54,226 nt of DNA, from positions 1 to 54,226 of the forward strand of contig JAQUWR010000002.1 of assembly GCA_028692745.1 (NCBI GenBank), written 5' to 3'. Shown in pieces: positions 35,060-44,400 of this stretch. The notes under the pieces are model-generated. The model worked only from the letters and a program-made list of their open reading frames with translations. It made no database searches and was not told the origin of the DNA. A program made the translations under genes and the position numbers. The stretch comes from Minisyncoccota bacterium. GTDB taxonomy: Bacteria > Patescibacteriota > Minisyncoccia > Minisyncoccales > Minisyncoccaceae. How positions within the stretch are numbered: the first letter of the stretch is position 1; each line of letters begins with the position of its first letter.

Positions 35060-36877
35060 ATGTGTGGAATTGTAGGATACATCGGAAAACAGAAAGCATT
35101 ACCAATTATTTTATCTGGCTTGGAAAGATTAGAGTATAGGGGCTATGATAGTTTTGGTTTTTGTGTTTTTAATAGTAAGCCATTGCTATATAAAGAAGTA
35201 GGAAAGATTTCTTTAGCTAAAGCATTAGCAAAGATTAAGTCAGATGGATTAATTGGTATAGGGCACACTCGCTGGGCAACAACAGGAGAAGTAACAAAAG
35301 AAAATGCTCATCCTCATTCGGGCTGTAAAGAAGAAATATTTGTAGTGCACAATGGTATTATTGAGAATTATAAACAATTAAAAGAAAAGCTAATAAAAGA
35401 AGGACATAAATTTAAATCAGAAACAGACACAGAAGTAATTGTTCATTTGATTGAGAAGTATTTTAAAGATAATTTAGAAAAAGCAGTTACTAGAGCCCTA
35501 AAAGACATTAGAGGAACTTATGGTTTAGCTGTTATATCAGTTAAAGATCCAGATAAAATTGTGGCCGCAAGACTATCATCACCATTAATTATTGGTGTCA
35601 GTGAAGATGAATTTTTAATTGCTTCTGATCCATCAGCAATCATAACAACAACAAGACAAATTATTATTTTAGAAGACAATGAAGTAGCAGTAATCAAAAA
35701 AGATGGATTAACAATTCTTAAAGAAGAAAAAGAATTAAAAAAAGAACCAGAAATGATTGAATGGGACATAGAACAAGCAGAAAAAGGAGGTTATAAGCAT
35801 TTTATGTTAAAAGAAATAATGGAAGAGCCTAATGTTATTGAAGATGCTATAAGGGGAAGATTTATCTTAGAAGAAGGAAATGTGAAATTAGGAGGATTAG
35901 AATCAGTTGAAAAAAAATTAAGAGAAATTAATAATATATTTTTAATTGGTTGTGGAACTGCTCATTATGCTTGTAAAATAGGAGAGTATATGTTTGAAGA
36001 ATATGCTGATATTTTATCTCAAAGTGATTTTGGGTCAGAATTTAGATATAGAAAGCCAATTGTTGATAAAAAAACTGCTAGCATTTTTATTTCTCAATCA
36101 GGAGAAACAGCTGATACCTTAGGATGCTTAAAAGAAATGAAAGAAAAGGGAGCAATGTGTTTGGGGATTACTAATGTAGTTGGTTCTTCTCAATCAAGAG
36201 AAACTAATGCTGGAGTATATACTCGTTCTGGGCCAGAAATTGCTGTTGCTTCGACTAAAGCATTTATTGGACAATTAACCATTCTTGCTATGATTACCGT
36301 GTATTTGGGGCGTCAAAGAAACATGTCTTTAACCGAAGGAAAAGAAATTGTTTCAGCTTTGAAAAAATTACCTTTAATGGCAAAAGAGATTTTAATACAA
36401 GCAGAAGAAATTAAAAAGATTGCTAAGAAGTACAATAAATACAAAGATTTTTTCTTTATTGGAAGAAAATATAATTACCCTATTGCTTTAGAGGGCGCAT
36501 TAAAATTAAAAGAAATATCATATGTTCATGCAGAAGGAGTAGCTGGGGGAGAATTAAAGCATGGCCCTTTAGCTTTAATTGATAAGAATTGTCCTACAAT
36601 TGCTATTTGTCCAACAGATGCTGTTTATGAAAAAATGATTTCTAATATTGAAGAAATAAAAGCAAGAAAAGGTCCAGTCATTGCTATTGCAAGTAAAGGA
36701 AACGAAGAGATTAAAAAAATAGCTGATGAAATAATATATATTCCTAAAACATTAGAAATATTAACACCAATCTTATCTGTTATCCCTCTTCACCTTTTTG
36801 CTTATTATTTTGCTGATTCTTTAGGGTGTGATGTTGATAAGCCAAAGAATTTAGCTAAAAGTGTGACGGTTGAATAA
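35060..36877 (+). CDS. glmS: Glutamine--fructose-6-phosphate aminotransferase
   Basis: MCGIVGY N-terminal nucleophile, two SIS domains, C-terminal KSVTVE. Confidence 0.95.
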   Translation: MCGIVGYIGKQKALPIILSGLERLEYRGYDSFGFCVFNSKPLLYKEVGKISLAKALAKIKSDGLIGIGHTRWATTGEVTKENAHPHSGCKEEIFVVHNGIIENYKQLKEKLIKEGHKFKSETDTEVIVHLIEKYFKDNLEKAVTRALKDIRGTYGLAVISVKDPDKIVAARLSSPLIIGVSEDEFLIASDPSAIITTTRQIIILEDNEVAVIKKDGLTILKEEKELKKEPEMIEWDIEQAEKGGYKHFMLKEIMEEPNVIEDAIRGRFILEEGNVKLGGLESVEKKLREINNIFLIGCGTAHYACKIGEYMFEEYADILSQSDFGSEFRYRKPIVDKKTASIFISQSGETADTLGCLKEMKEKGAMCLGITNVVGSSQSRETNAGVYTRSGPEIAVASTKAFIGQLTILAMITVYLGRQRNMSLTEGKEIVSALKKLPLMAKEILIQAEEIKKIAKKYNKYKDFFFIGRKYNYPIALEGALKLKEISYVHAEGVAGGELKHGPLALIDKNCPTIAICPTDAVYEKMISNIEEIKARKGPVIAIASKGNEEIKKIADEIIYIPKTLEILTPILSVIPLHLFAYYFADSLGCDVDKPKNLAKSVTVE

Positions 36878-36896
36878 TATATTAATATAATAAAAT

Positions 36897-38540
36897 ATGA
36901 ATAAAAAAGATTTTTCAATTTTAATAGGGGGAGCTGCTGGGCAAGGATCTAGAAAAGCAGGTTTAATTATTGCTAAGATTTTTAGTAGTTTAGGATATAA
37001 AATATATATTTATGATGACTATCAATCTTTAATAAGGGGAGGACATAGTTTTTCTTTAATTAGAGCTTCTGAAAAAGAGAATAATTGTTCAAAGAAAAAA
37101 ATTGATATTCTTTTAGCTTTAGATGAAAAAACAATTCAAGAACATTTAAAAGATTTGAATGAAGACGGATTAATTATTTTTAATCAAGACAAAGTAAAAG
37201 AAGAAAAAGGAATTGGAATTGCCATTGAATCAACTGTTAAAGAATTAGGAGGAATTCCAATTATGGCTAATACTGCTTTACTTGGAGGATTTGCTAAAAT
37301 TATTGGTTTAGATTTTGATTTCTTAAAAAATATTTTAGAAAAAGAAATTTCAAAAGGAATTGAAAAGAACTTAGAAATAGCCAAGAAAGCATATGATTTA
37401 GAAGAAGCAAAATTAAAAATAGAAGACATTGGAGATAGTACGCCTCTTTTAACAGGAAATGAAGCATTGTCTTTAGGTGTTGTAGCAGCAGGACTAGAAA
37501 TGTATATTGCTTATCCAATGACTCCAGCAACAGGTATTCTTCATTATTTAGCAGGACTAAAAGATTGTAATGTTTTAGTTTCTCAGCTAGAAAATGAAAT
37601 TGCTGTTATTAATGCAGCAATAGGTGCTGCTTATACTGGAAAAAGAACAATGGTTGGAACTTCTGGAGGAGGATTTGCTTTAATGACAGAAGCAATAAGT
37701 TTAGCAGCTATGAGTGAAACCCCTATTGTTATAGTTAATAGTCAAAGGCCAGGTCCAGCAACCGGAGTTCCTACTTATAGTGGCCAAGGAGATTTATTGT
37801 TTACTCTTAATTCTGGTCATGGTGATTTAGTAAGATTTGTTATTGCTCCAGGAGATGTTAATGAAATGTTTGTTTGGAGTGGAAAAGCAATGAATCTAGC
37901 CTGGAAATATCAAACACCAGTTATTCTATTAACTGAAAAAGATTTATCAGAAGCCACTTTTAGTTTTGATAAAAAAGTTTTATCAGAAGTAAAAAAAGAA
38001 GAAGCATTGATGTGGGATAAAAACAAAGAATATCAAAGATATGAATTGACAGAAAATGGAATTTCTCCATTATTTTTCCCTGGTAACGATGCAATTGTAA
38101 AATCAACAAGCTATGAACATGATGAATATGGAATTTCTACAGAGGATGAAGAAATGATCAAAAAAATGCAAGATAAGAGATTAAGAAAGTTTGAATCAAT
38201 GAAAAAAGAAATTGATAACATTGAAGCAATTAATGTGTATGGAGATAATTCTGAGACTGCTGTTGTGTGTGTCGGTTCTTTAAAAGGAATTGTTAAGAGT
38301 GTTTGTGAAAAATTAGGAATAAAGATGATTCAACCAATAGTTTTAGAGCCTTTTCCTCAAAAACAAGCCCTAGAGGCTTTAAAAGGGGTTAACAAGGTGA
38401 TTTGTATTGAGGCTAATGCTTTAGGTCAATTGTCTAAGGTTCTTGCTCAAAATAACATTAAAGTTTATAAAAGTATTTTAAAGTATGATGGTAGGCCCTT
38501 TAACGAAGAAGATTTAAAAGATCAATTAAAAAATATATAA
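36897..38540 (+). CDS. 2-oxoacid:ferredoxin oxidoreductase, fused gamma-alpha subunit
   Basis: N-terminal gamma-like ILIGGAAGQGSRKAG, then alpha-like LTGNEALSLGVVAAGL..YPMTPAT. Confidence 0.8.
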   Translation: MNKKDFSILIGGAAGQGSRKAGLIIAKIFSSLGYKIYIYDDYQSLIRGGHSFSLIRASEKENNCSKKKIDILLALDEKTIQEHLKDLNEDGLIIFNQDKVKEEKGIGIAIESTVKELGGIPIMANTALLGGFAKIIGLDFDFLKNILEKEISKGIEKNLEIAKKAYDLEEAKLKIEDIGDSTPLLTGNEALSLGVVAAGLEMYIAYPMTPATGILHYLAGLKDCNVLVSQLENEIAVINAAIGAAYTGKRTMVGTSGGGFALMTEAISLAAMSETPIVIVNSQRPGPATGVPTYSGQGDLLFTLNSGHGDLVRFVIAPGDVNEMFVWSGKAMNLAWKYQTPVILLTEKDLSEATFSFDKKVLSEVKKEEALMWDKNKEYQRYELTENGISPLFFPGNDAIVKSTSYEHDEYGISTEDEEMIKKMQDKRLRKFESMKKEIDNIEAINVYGDNSETAVVCVGSLKGIVKSVCEKLGIKMIQPIVLEPFPQKQALEALKGVNKVICIEANALGQLSKVLAQNNIKVYKSILKYDGRPFNEEDLKDQLKNI

Positions 38541-38541
38541 T

Positions 38542-39363
38542 ATGGAGAATTTACAAACAAAAGCAATTAATACATGGTGTCCTGGTTGTGGTAATTTCGG
38601 AGTCTTAGCTGCTTTTAAAAAAGCAATGGAATCGTATAATAAAGAAGATGTAGTTATTGTTTCTGATATTGGTTGCAGTTCAAAAATAATAGATTATTTA
38701 AATTTAAGTAGTTTTGATTCTTTACACGGAAGGTCTATCTCAACTGCATCTGGAATTAAATTAGGAAATCCTAATTTAAAAGTCATTGCTTTTATTGGAG
38801 ATGGGGGAGCTTTAAATGAGGGAATTTCTCATTTAATTCATTTAGCTAAAAGAAACTCAGATATTACTGTTTTAATGCACGATAATCGTTTATTTGCCTT
38901 AACTACGGGTCAATTTACAGCTGTATCTCCCAAAGGATTAAAAACAAGATCAACTCCTGAGGGTTTAGTTGAGGACCCATTAAATCCTTTAGAACTAATG
39001 CTTGATTCTAATGCAACATTTATTGCCAGAAGTTATTCTTCAAAAATTGATCACTTAGCTTTAATAATTAAAAAAGCAATTGATCATGAGGGTTTTAGTT
39101 TTATTGAAGTTTTACAACCTTGTATTTCTTTTATGGATAATTTTAAATTTTATAATGAAAAAATTTATGAAATAGAAGAAGAAAAAAGAACAAAACAACA
39201 AGCAAGAAAATTAATAGAAGAGTGGAAATATGCTGAAGTAGGAAATATTCCTTTGGGAGTATTTTATTCTGAAGTAAAAGATTCTTATGAGAAAATAATG
39301 AATAGAGAAATAATAAAAGATAAGGCAGTTAATATTGAAAAATGTTTAGAAGCCCATTTGTAA
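38542..39363 (+). CDS. 2-oxoacid:ferredoxin oxidoreductase, beta (TPP-binding) subunit
   Basis: WCPGCGNFG, GDGGALNEG. Confidence 0.85.
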   Translation: MENLQTKAINTWCPGCGNFGVLAAFKKAMESYNKEDVVIVSDIGCSSKIIDYLNLSSFDSLHGRSISTASGIKLGNPNLKVIAFIGDGGALNEGISHLIHLAKRNSDITVLMHDNRLFALTTGQFTAVSPKGLKTRSTPEGLVEDPLNPLELMLDSNATFIARSYSSKIDHLALIIKKAIDHEGFSFIEVLQPCISFMDNFKFYNEKIYEIEEEKRTKQQARKLIEEWKYAEVGNIPLGVFYSEVKDSYEKIMNREIIKDKAVNIEKCLEAHL

Positions 39364-40310
39364 AAAAAACAAAAAAGATTGTTTGTATTGGCGGTGGTAA
39401 TGCCATGCCTAATACAGTATTAAGAGGATTAAAAGATAAAGATGTAGAGCTGACAGTTGTTTCTTGTGTTTTAGATTCAGGAGGTTCTTCTGGTAGACTA
39501 AGAAGTGACTATAATATTATTTCTCCAGGTGATTTAAGAAGAGCTTTTATTGAATTAGCTAATCTTTCTTTTGAAGATAAGGAATTACTTAATTATCGTT
39601 TCAAAGAAGGAGAATTAAAAGGGCATAATTTAGGTAATATTATTTTTTCAGCAATGGTTTTGAATAAAGGAGGATACAAAGAAATATTTGAAAGACTTAA
39701 TGATTTTTTAGGAAAGCATAAAATACTTCCTTCTACTATTCATAATGCTGATTTGGTTGCTGTTTTAGAAAACAAAGAAGAAATTGTTGGAGAGACAAAT
39801 ATCGACATTCCTAAACATAATTCTAGTTTAAAGATAGATAAAATATTTTTAAGACCAGAAGTAAATGTTTGTCCTCAAACAGTAAAGAGGTTGGGAGTGG
39901 CTGATGCAGTTATTATTGGGCCAGGAGATATTTATTCATCTTTAATGCAGGTTTTATTAGTAAATGGGGCTTGTGAAGCAATAAAAGCAAGTAAAGCAAA
40001 AAAAATATATATTCCTAATTTAATGAATAAAAACGGAGAATCTAATGGATTTAAAGTTGAAGACTTTGTTAATGTTGTTGAGAATCGCTTACAATGTCCG
40101 CTTGATTATGTTATTTTTAATAATAAGAATGTTTCTGAGGAAAGATTAAAAGAATACAAAGAAGAACATGAAGAGCTTTTGGATCTAGTTGAATGTAATA
40201 GTTTGGATAAAAAATTTATAGGAGAAGATATAGTTTTAAGAAGTGGAGATATTGTTCATGATCCAGAAAAATTAGCAAAAATAATTATGAAACTAATATG
40301 CAAGCAATAA
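39342..40310 (+). CDS. yvcK: YvcK/GlmR (CofD-like, UPF0052) family protein
   Basis: IVCIGGGNAMPNTVLRGLK...VLDSGGSSGRLRSDYNIISPGDLRRAF. Confidence 0.75.
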   Translation: MFRSPFVKKTKKIVCIGGGNAMPNTVLRGLKDKDVELTVVSCVLDSGGSSGRLRSDYNIISPGDLRRAFIELANLSFEDKELLNYRFKEGELKGHNLGNIIFSAMVLNKGGYKEIFERLNDFLGKHKILPSTIHNADLVAVLENKEEIVGETNIDIPKHNSSLKIDKIFLRPEVNVCPQTVKRLGVADAVIIGPGDIYSSLMQVLLVNGACEAIKASKAKKIYIPNLMNKNGESNGFKVEDFVNVVENRLQCPLDYVIFNNKNVSEERLKEYKEEHEELLDLVECNSLDKKFIGEDIVLRSGDIVHDPEKLAKIIMKLICKQ

Positions 40311-41476
40311 TTTTAGCAGCAGGGAAAGGAACAAGGTTTGAACCATTGTCTTTAACAAAGCCAAAGCCATTGTTTTCTGTTTTTGGAGAATCAATTTTAG
40401 AGCACAATTTAAAACAATTAAAAGGATTAGTTAAAGAAGTTATTATTATTGTTAATTATAAGAGGGAATTAATAGAGAAATTAATTGGAAAGGAGTTTGA
40501 GGGAATAAAGATAACTTATATTTTTCAAAAAGATTTAGATGGAACAGGCGGAGGAATTAAGCTAGCAGAATCTTTAATTAAAGATAAATTTTTACTTTTA
40601 AATGGAGATGATTTTTATTTCAAAGAAGATGTTGAACAGGCCTTAAAAAGGTTTCCTTGTGTTTTAGTTGAAGAAAACAAAAATCCATCTAATTTTGGTG
40701 TTATTATTGAGGAAGAAGGGTTTGTAAGAAGTATTATTGAAAAACCAGAGAATCCTCTTTCTAATTTAGTTAATACGGGACTATATTTTTTGCCTAAAAG
40801 TATTCTTAATAAAGAAATTCAAAAATCAGAAAGAGGAGAATATGAATTTACTGATTTTATTAAAAGTTTTATAAAAAATAATAGATTGTATAGCGTTAAA
40901 GCAAAAAATTGGTTTCCAGCCTCTTATCCCTGGGATATTTTTAATGCATTAGATTTCTTTTTTAGTAAAAAAAAGAAGTCATTAAAAATTAAAAAAGAAA
41001 AAAATGTTATTATTAAAGATAAATTAATTGTTGGACAGGGAACTCTTATTAAAAGTGGAGCTTATATTGAAGGCCCAGCATACATAGGAAATAACTGTAT
41101 AATTGGTCCAAATTGTTTTATTCGAGCTAATACAATTATTGGAAATAATTGTAAAATAGGGCAAGCAGTAGAAATTAAAAATAGTATTATTGGTAACAAT
41201 GTTAATATTAATCATTTATCATATATAGGGGACTCAATTATTGGTGATAATTGTAATTTAGGGGCAGGAACCATTATTGCTAACCTAAAACATAACGGAG
41301 AAACAATCGAAACAATGGTTAATGAAAAAATGATTGACACAAAAAGAAATAAATTTGGTACTATAGTGGGAGACAATTCTAAAACAGGAATTGGCACATT
41401 GATTTATCCTGGAAGAAAAATATGGCCAGGAAAAAATACATTACCAGGAGAAAAAATAAAAGAAGATTTAAAATAA
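40298..41476 (+). CDS. Bifunctional sugar-1-phosphate nucleotidylyltransferase / left-handed-beta-helix acetyltransferase (GlmU-like, archaeal type)
   Basis: ILAAGKGTRFEPLSLTKPKPL at the N-terminus and hexapeptide repeats (IGNNCIIGPNCFI..) at the C-terminus. Confidence 0.75.
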   Translation: MQAIILAAGKGTRFEPLSLTKPKPLFSVFGESILEHNLKQLKGLVKEVIIIVNYKRELIEKLIGKEFEGIKITYIFQKDLDGTGGGIKLAESLIKDKFLLLNGDDFYFKEDVEQALKRFPCVLVEENKNPSNFGVIIEEEGFVRSIIEKPENPLSNLVNTGLYFLPKSILNKEIQKSERGEYEFTDFIKSFIKNNRLYSVKAKNWFPASYPWDIFNALDFFFSKKKKSLKIKKEKNVIIKDKLIVGQGTLIKSGAYIEGPAYIGNNCIIGPNCFIRANTIIGNNCKIGQAVEIKNSIIGNNVNINHLSYIGDSIIGDNCNLGAGTIIANLKHNGETIETMVNEKMIDTKRNKFGTIVGDNSKTGIGTLIYPGRKIWPGKNTLPGEKIKEDLK

Positions 41477-41482
41477 AAAAAA

Positions 41483-41501
41483 GACTCATATCTTATGAGT
41501 C
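41483..41501. terminator. Hairpin between convergent genes
   Basis: gactcata tct tatgagtc, preceded by A8, which gives a U tract for the minus-strand gene. Confidence 0.5.
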
Positions 41502-41502
41502 A

Positions 41503-41751
41503 TTATTGTTCTTCGATCAATGTTTTCTGTAAAGAAAGTTTTTTTAATTGACCTTTCTCTCCAACAGAAAACATTTTTCCTTCAAAAACAATAATATGTT
41601 TTATTCTTCCTCTTGTGCTTCTTTTGCTAAGAGTATCTTCTATTTGGTATATGTTGTCATATGGCCCATACACAGTGTGCATTTGCCATAATGGTCTTCC
41701 CCCTTTTTCAAGGGGATACATTGTTGCAAAATATAACTCTTGTTTTTTCAT
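41503..41751 (-). CDS. Hypothetical protein (82 aa)
   Basis: Strong SD AAGGAGGA 4-5 nt upstream of the ATG. No family recognised. Confidence 0.5.
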   Translation of the reverse strand: MKKQELYFATMYPLEKGGRPLWQMHTVYGPYDNIYQIEDTLSKRSTRGRIKHIIVFEGKMFSVGEKGQLKKLSLQKTLIEEQ

Positions 41752-41767
41752 ACTTCCTCCTTTTTAA

Positions 41768-41834
41768 CGATCGATCGCCAAACTAATTTTTAGTCTGACT
41801 AATTTTTAATAACATAAATAATAATTATAGTCAA
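41768..41834 (-). promoter_or_regulatory. Promoter plus operator-like repeats for the 82-aa ORF
   Basis: Minus strand: TTGACT (41834-41829), 17 nt, TATTAA (41811-41806). Direct repeats actaattttta occur at 41782-41792 and 41798-41808. Palindrome CGATCGATCG is at 41768-41777. Confidence 0.4.
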
Positions 41835-41838
41835 TTTG

Positions 41839-41922
41839 TGCCGAAGGAGAGACTTGAACTCTCATGGGATTGCTCCCATAGCATTTTGAGTGCTACGCGT
41901 CTGCCAGTTCCGCCACTTCGGC
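41839..41922 (-). tRNA. tRNA-Leu (anticodon CAA), long variable arm, CCA not encoded
   Basis: GCCGAAGTGGCGGAACTGGCAGACGCGTAGCACTCAAAATGCTATGGGAGCAATCCCATGAGAGTTCAAGTCTCTCCTTCGGCA. It folds as a cloverleaf with anticodon loop CUCAAAA. Confidence 0.9.
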
Positions 41923-41952
41923 TTATGATTTATTTAACATAGTTTATTGTAT

Positions 41953-41981
41953 TTGTAAATTTTTTTCTTTAGTAGTATAAT
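41953..41981 (+). promoter_or_regulatory. Sigma70-like promoter of parA, leaderless geometry
   Basis: TTGTAA (41953-41958), 17 nt, TATAAT (41976-41981), 7 nt, ATG 41989. Confidence 0.5.
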
Positions 41982-41988
41982 CATAATA

Positions 41989-42750
41989 ATGAGTAGAGTA
42001 ATTGCCATTGCTAACCAAAAAGGAGGAGTAGGTAAAACAGCTATTGCTGTTAATTTACCAGTGTTTTTGACTGCGTTTGGGAAAAAGGTTTTATTAATTG
42101 ATCTTGATCCTCAAGCTAATGCTACTTTTTCTTTAGGAATTAAACCAAGGGACCTATCTGTTTCTTTATACGAAGCATTATTAGGTCAGATTTCTCCAAA
42201 AGAAATTATTAGAAGAACTCCTTTTTTGGCATTTGATATTATGCCCACTTCTTATAATTTAGCTGGGGCAAATATTGAATTAATAAATTTAAAAAATAGA
42301 GAGTTTAAACTTAAAGAAGTAATTGATAAAGTAAGAGATGATTATGATTTTGTTATAATTGATTGTCCTCCTAGCTTAGGAATTCTTACTATTAATGCAT
42401 TGGTTGCTACTGATGAAGTTTTAATTCCAGTACAATGTGAATATTTAGCAATGGAAGGATTAGAACAACTTCTTTTCAATGTTAGGCTTATAAGCAACAA
42501 CATGGAAAAAGATGTTAAAATATTAGGATCTGTTTTAACAATGTACAACAGAAGAAATAAGGTAGCTCAAAAGATTGCTAAAGATTTAAGAAGAACATTT
42601 CCTGGTTATGTTTTTGATACAGTAATTCCTAGAACAGTTTCTTTGTCAGAATCTCCAGTAGGAGGAAAGACAATATTAAGATCTGCCCCTAATTCTGCTG
42701 CTGTTCATGCTTTTAGAGAATTAGCTAGGGAAATTATTTCAAGACAATAA
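41989..42750 (+). CDS. parA: Chromosome partitioning ATPase ParA/Soj
   Basis: Deviant Walker A IANQKGGVGKT and IIDCPPSLG. Confidence 0.9.
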   Translation: MSRVIAIANQKGGVGKTAIAVNLPVFLTAFGKKVLLIDLDPQANATFSLGIKPRDLSVSLYEALLGQISPKEIIRRTPFLAFDIMPTSYNLAGANIELINLKNREFKLKEVIDKVRDDYDFVIIDCPPSLGILTINALVATDEVLIPVQCEYLAMEGLEQLLFNVRLISNNMEKDVKILGSVLTMYNRRNKVAQKIAKDLRRTFPGYVFDTVIPRTVSLSESPVGGKTILRSAPNSAAVHAFRELAREIISRQ

Positions 42751-42784
42751 ATTTTACCTTGATATAGTTTTTTACTAAGTTTTC

Positions 42785-42808
42785 TATTTTTATTTTTAAA
42801 TAAAAATA
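42785..42808. repeat. AT-only inverted repeat (11-bp arms, 2-nt spacer) between parA and parB
   Basis: tatttttattt tt aaataaaaata. Confidence 0.8.
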
Positions 42809-42810
42809 AT

Positions 42811-42838
42811 TTGGCAAATAATTAATTTCTGATATAAT
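42811..42838 (+). promoter_or_regulatory. Sigma70-like promoter of parB, leaderless geometry
   Basis: TTGGCA (42811-42816), 16 nt, TATAAT (42833-42838), 8 nt, ATG 42847. Confidence 0.5.
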
Positions 42839-42846
42839 ACAAACAT

Positions 42847-43716
42847 ATGATGGGAAAAGGATTGGAATCATTGATTCCTAAAAAAGATCAAAGCATAGGA
42901 AAAAGCACAGAACCGGCAAAAGAGTTTGTTTTTTGGATTGAAATTGATAAAATTAAAGCTAATCCATACCAACCAAGAAAAGAATTTAATGAAGCAGAGC
43001 TTAATTCTTTATCAGAATCTATTAAAAAATATGGATTATTACAACCAATTATAGTTACTAAGATTGAAAAAAGAACAAGTTCAGGAGGAATGATGGCTGA
43101 ATATCAGATTATTGCCGGAGAAAGAAGATGGAGAGCTTCAAAAAAAGCTGGTTTAAAACAAATACCAGTAATCATTAAAGAAAGATCAAACCAAGAAAAA
43201 TTAGAAATTGCTTTGATTGAAAATATTCAAAGAAAGAACCTTAATGTAATTGATAAAGCAGAGGCATTTGAAAGACTAAGAAAAGAGTTTGCTTTAATGG
43301 ATAAAGAAATAGCAGAAATTGTTGGGATGAGTAGAGAAGCAGTATCTAATGCTTTTAGAGTTTTGTCTTTATCAGATGAAATTAAAGATGCAATTAAAGC
43401 AGAAAAAATATCAGAAGGACATGCAAAAGCATTATTAGGAGTTAAAGACGAAAAAGAGAGAAAAAAATTGTTTTTGGAATTATTGGCTAATAACTACTCT
43501 GTTAGAGAAGTAGAAAGAAGAGCTAGAGCTACTAATCCTAATATAGTTGATAGGGTTATTATCAACAAAGAGTTTTTAGAGAAAAAACTTGGAGAATTAT
43601 TTAATTACGATAAAGTTAAGCTAGAAAAAAAGAAAGATAAAATTCAGCTTGTTGTTGATTTTGAATCCGAAGAAGATATTAAGAAATGGATGAAAAAGAT
43701 AATACATAAAGATTAA
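42847..43716 (+). CDS. parB: Chromosome partitioning protein ParB/Spo0J
   Basis: NPYQPRKEF, LLQPIIV, IIAGERRWRASKKAG, and an HTH region. Confidence 0.9.
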   Translation: MMGKGLESLIPKKDQSIGKSTEPAKEFVFWIEIDKIKANPYQPRKEFNEAELNSLSESIKKYGLLQPIIVTKIEKRTSSGGMMAEYQIIAGERRWRASKKAGLKQIPVIIKERSNQEKLEIALIENIQRKNLNVIDKAEAFERLRKEFALMDKEIAEIVGMSREAVSNAFRVLSLSDEIKDAIKAEKISEGHAKALLGVKDEKERKKLFLELLANNYSVREVERRARATNPNIVDRVIINKEFLEKKLGELFNYDKVKLEKKKDKIQLVVDFESEEDIKKWMKKIIHKD

Positions 43717-43721
43717 ATTAA

Positions 43722-43749
43722 AAAAACAATGGTAATTACCATTGTTTTT
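43722..43749. terminator. Bidirectional terminator (perfect 14-bp arms)
   Basis: aaaaacaatggtaa|ttaccattgttttt, with A/T runs on both sides, between convergent genes. Confidence 0.65.
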
Positions 43750-43759
43750 ATTTAAGAAG

Positions 43760-44182
43760 TTAATTAAGGATTGAGAATTCAACCTCGTTACCTTTCTTGT
43801 CTTTCATTTGAGCCCAAACCTTTTTAACTTCCATTTCTGGGAAGTTTTCTTTTATTAATTTTTCTACGGTATTCATATCTTCTGTTTGTATATTTTTTTC
43901 TTCTTCTTCAGAAGCAAAGCAACATGATGCTTTATAGGCTCCACAATCACTGTGATGAATTAGTATAACCTCTGTCGCGCAATGAAGATCTTTAGATGTT
44001 TTGATTTGTTTTAATAAAAGGTTTTTAATTTCTTCTTTTCCATCAGCTAAAGATTTACTAGAGCCTGCCAAAGATACAATATCACAATCTCCAATTAAAT
44101 TGTTTTCTTGAAGAAAACGATTTGTTTCTTTAGTTAATCTGAAATCCATGCATTTAAAAATAATTGATTTGCAGTTGTGCAT
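43760..44182 (-). CDS. Small Cys/His protein, beta-carbonic-anhydrase-like motifs (tentative)
   Basis: CMDFR and IHHSDCGAY resemble the beta-CA zinc ligand motifs CxDxR / HxxC. At 140 aa it is shorter than canonical beta-CA. Confidence 0.35.
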   Translation of the reverse strand: MHNCKSIIFKCMDFRLTKETNRFLQENNLIGDCDIVSLAGSSKSLADGKEEIKNLLLKQIKTSKDLHCATEVILIHHSDCGAYKASCCFASEEEEKNIQTEDMNTVEKLIKENFPEMEVKKVWAQMKDKKGNEVEFSILN

Positions 44183-44237
44183 AATGATATTTTTTAATTT
44201 ATTATAATTAATGTATAGCTGATAATTGTTTTTTTGT

Positions 44238-44261
44238 AAATAAAAAGCACATTAAAGTGCT
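44238..44261 (-). terminator. Terminator of the small TM ORF, with stop codon in the loop
   Basis: Minus strand: AGCAC UUUAAU GUGCU UUUUAUUU. Confidence 0.45.
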
Positions 44262-44383
44262 GATATTTTTTCATCAATTAATTCTAGGGCATAGCCTAGT
44301 ACTATTATTCCTAAACCAATAAGGCCAAAAATAATCATGAAAACATCATCAATGCTGTCTAGAAAACCGTTGTTTTTCTTCAT
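44252..44383 (-). CDS. Small single-TM protein (43 aa), not in ORF track
   Basis: MKKNNGFLDSIDDVFMIIFGLIGLGIIVLGYALELIDEKISAL. SD AGGAG (44390-44394), with its own promoter and terminator. Confidence 0.45.
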   Translation of the reverse strand: MKKNNGFLDSIDDVFMIIFGLIGLGIIVLGYALELIDEKISAL

Positions 44384-44400
44384 TTTAATCTCCTGTTTAT

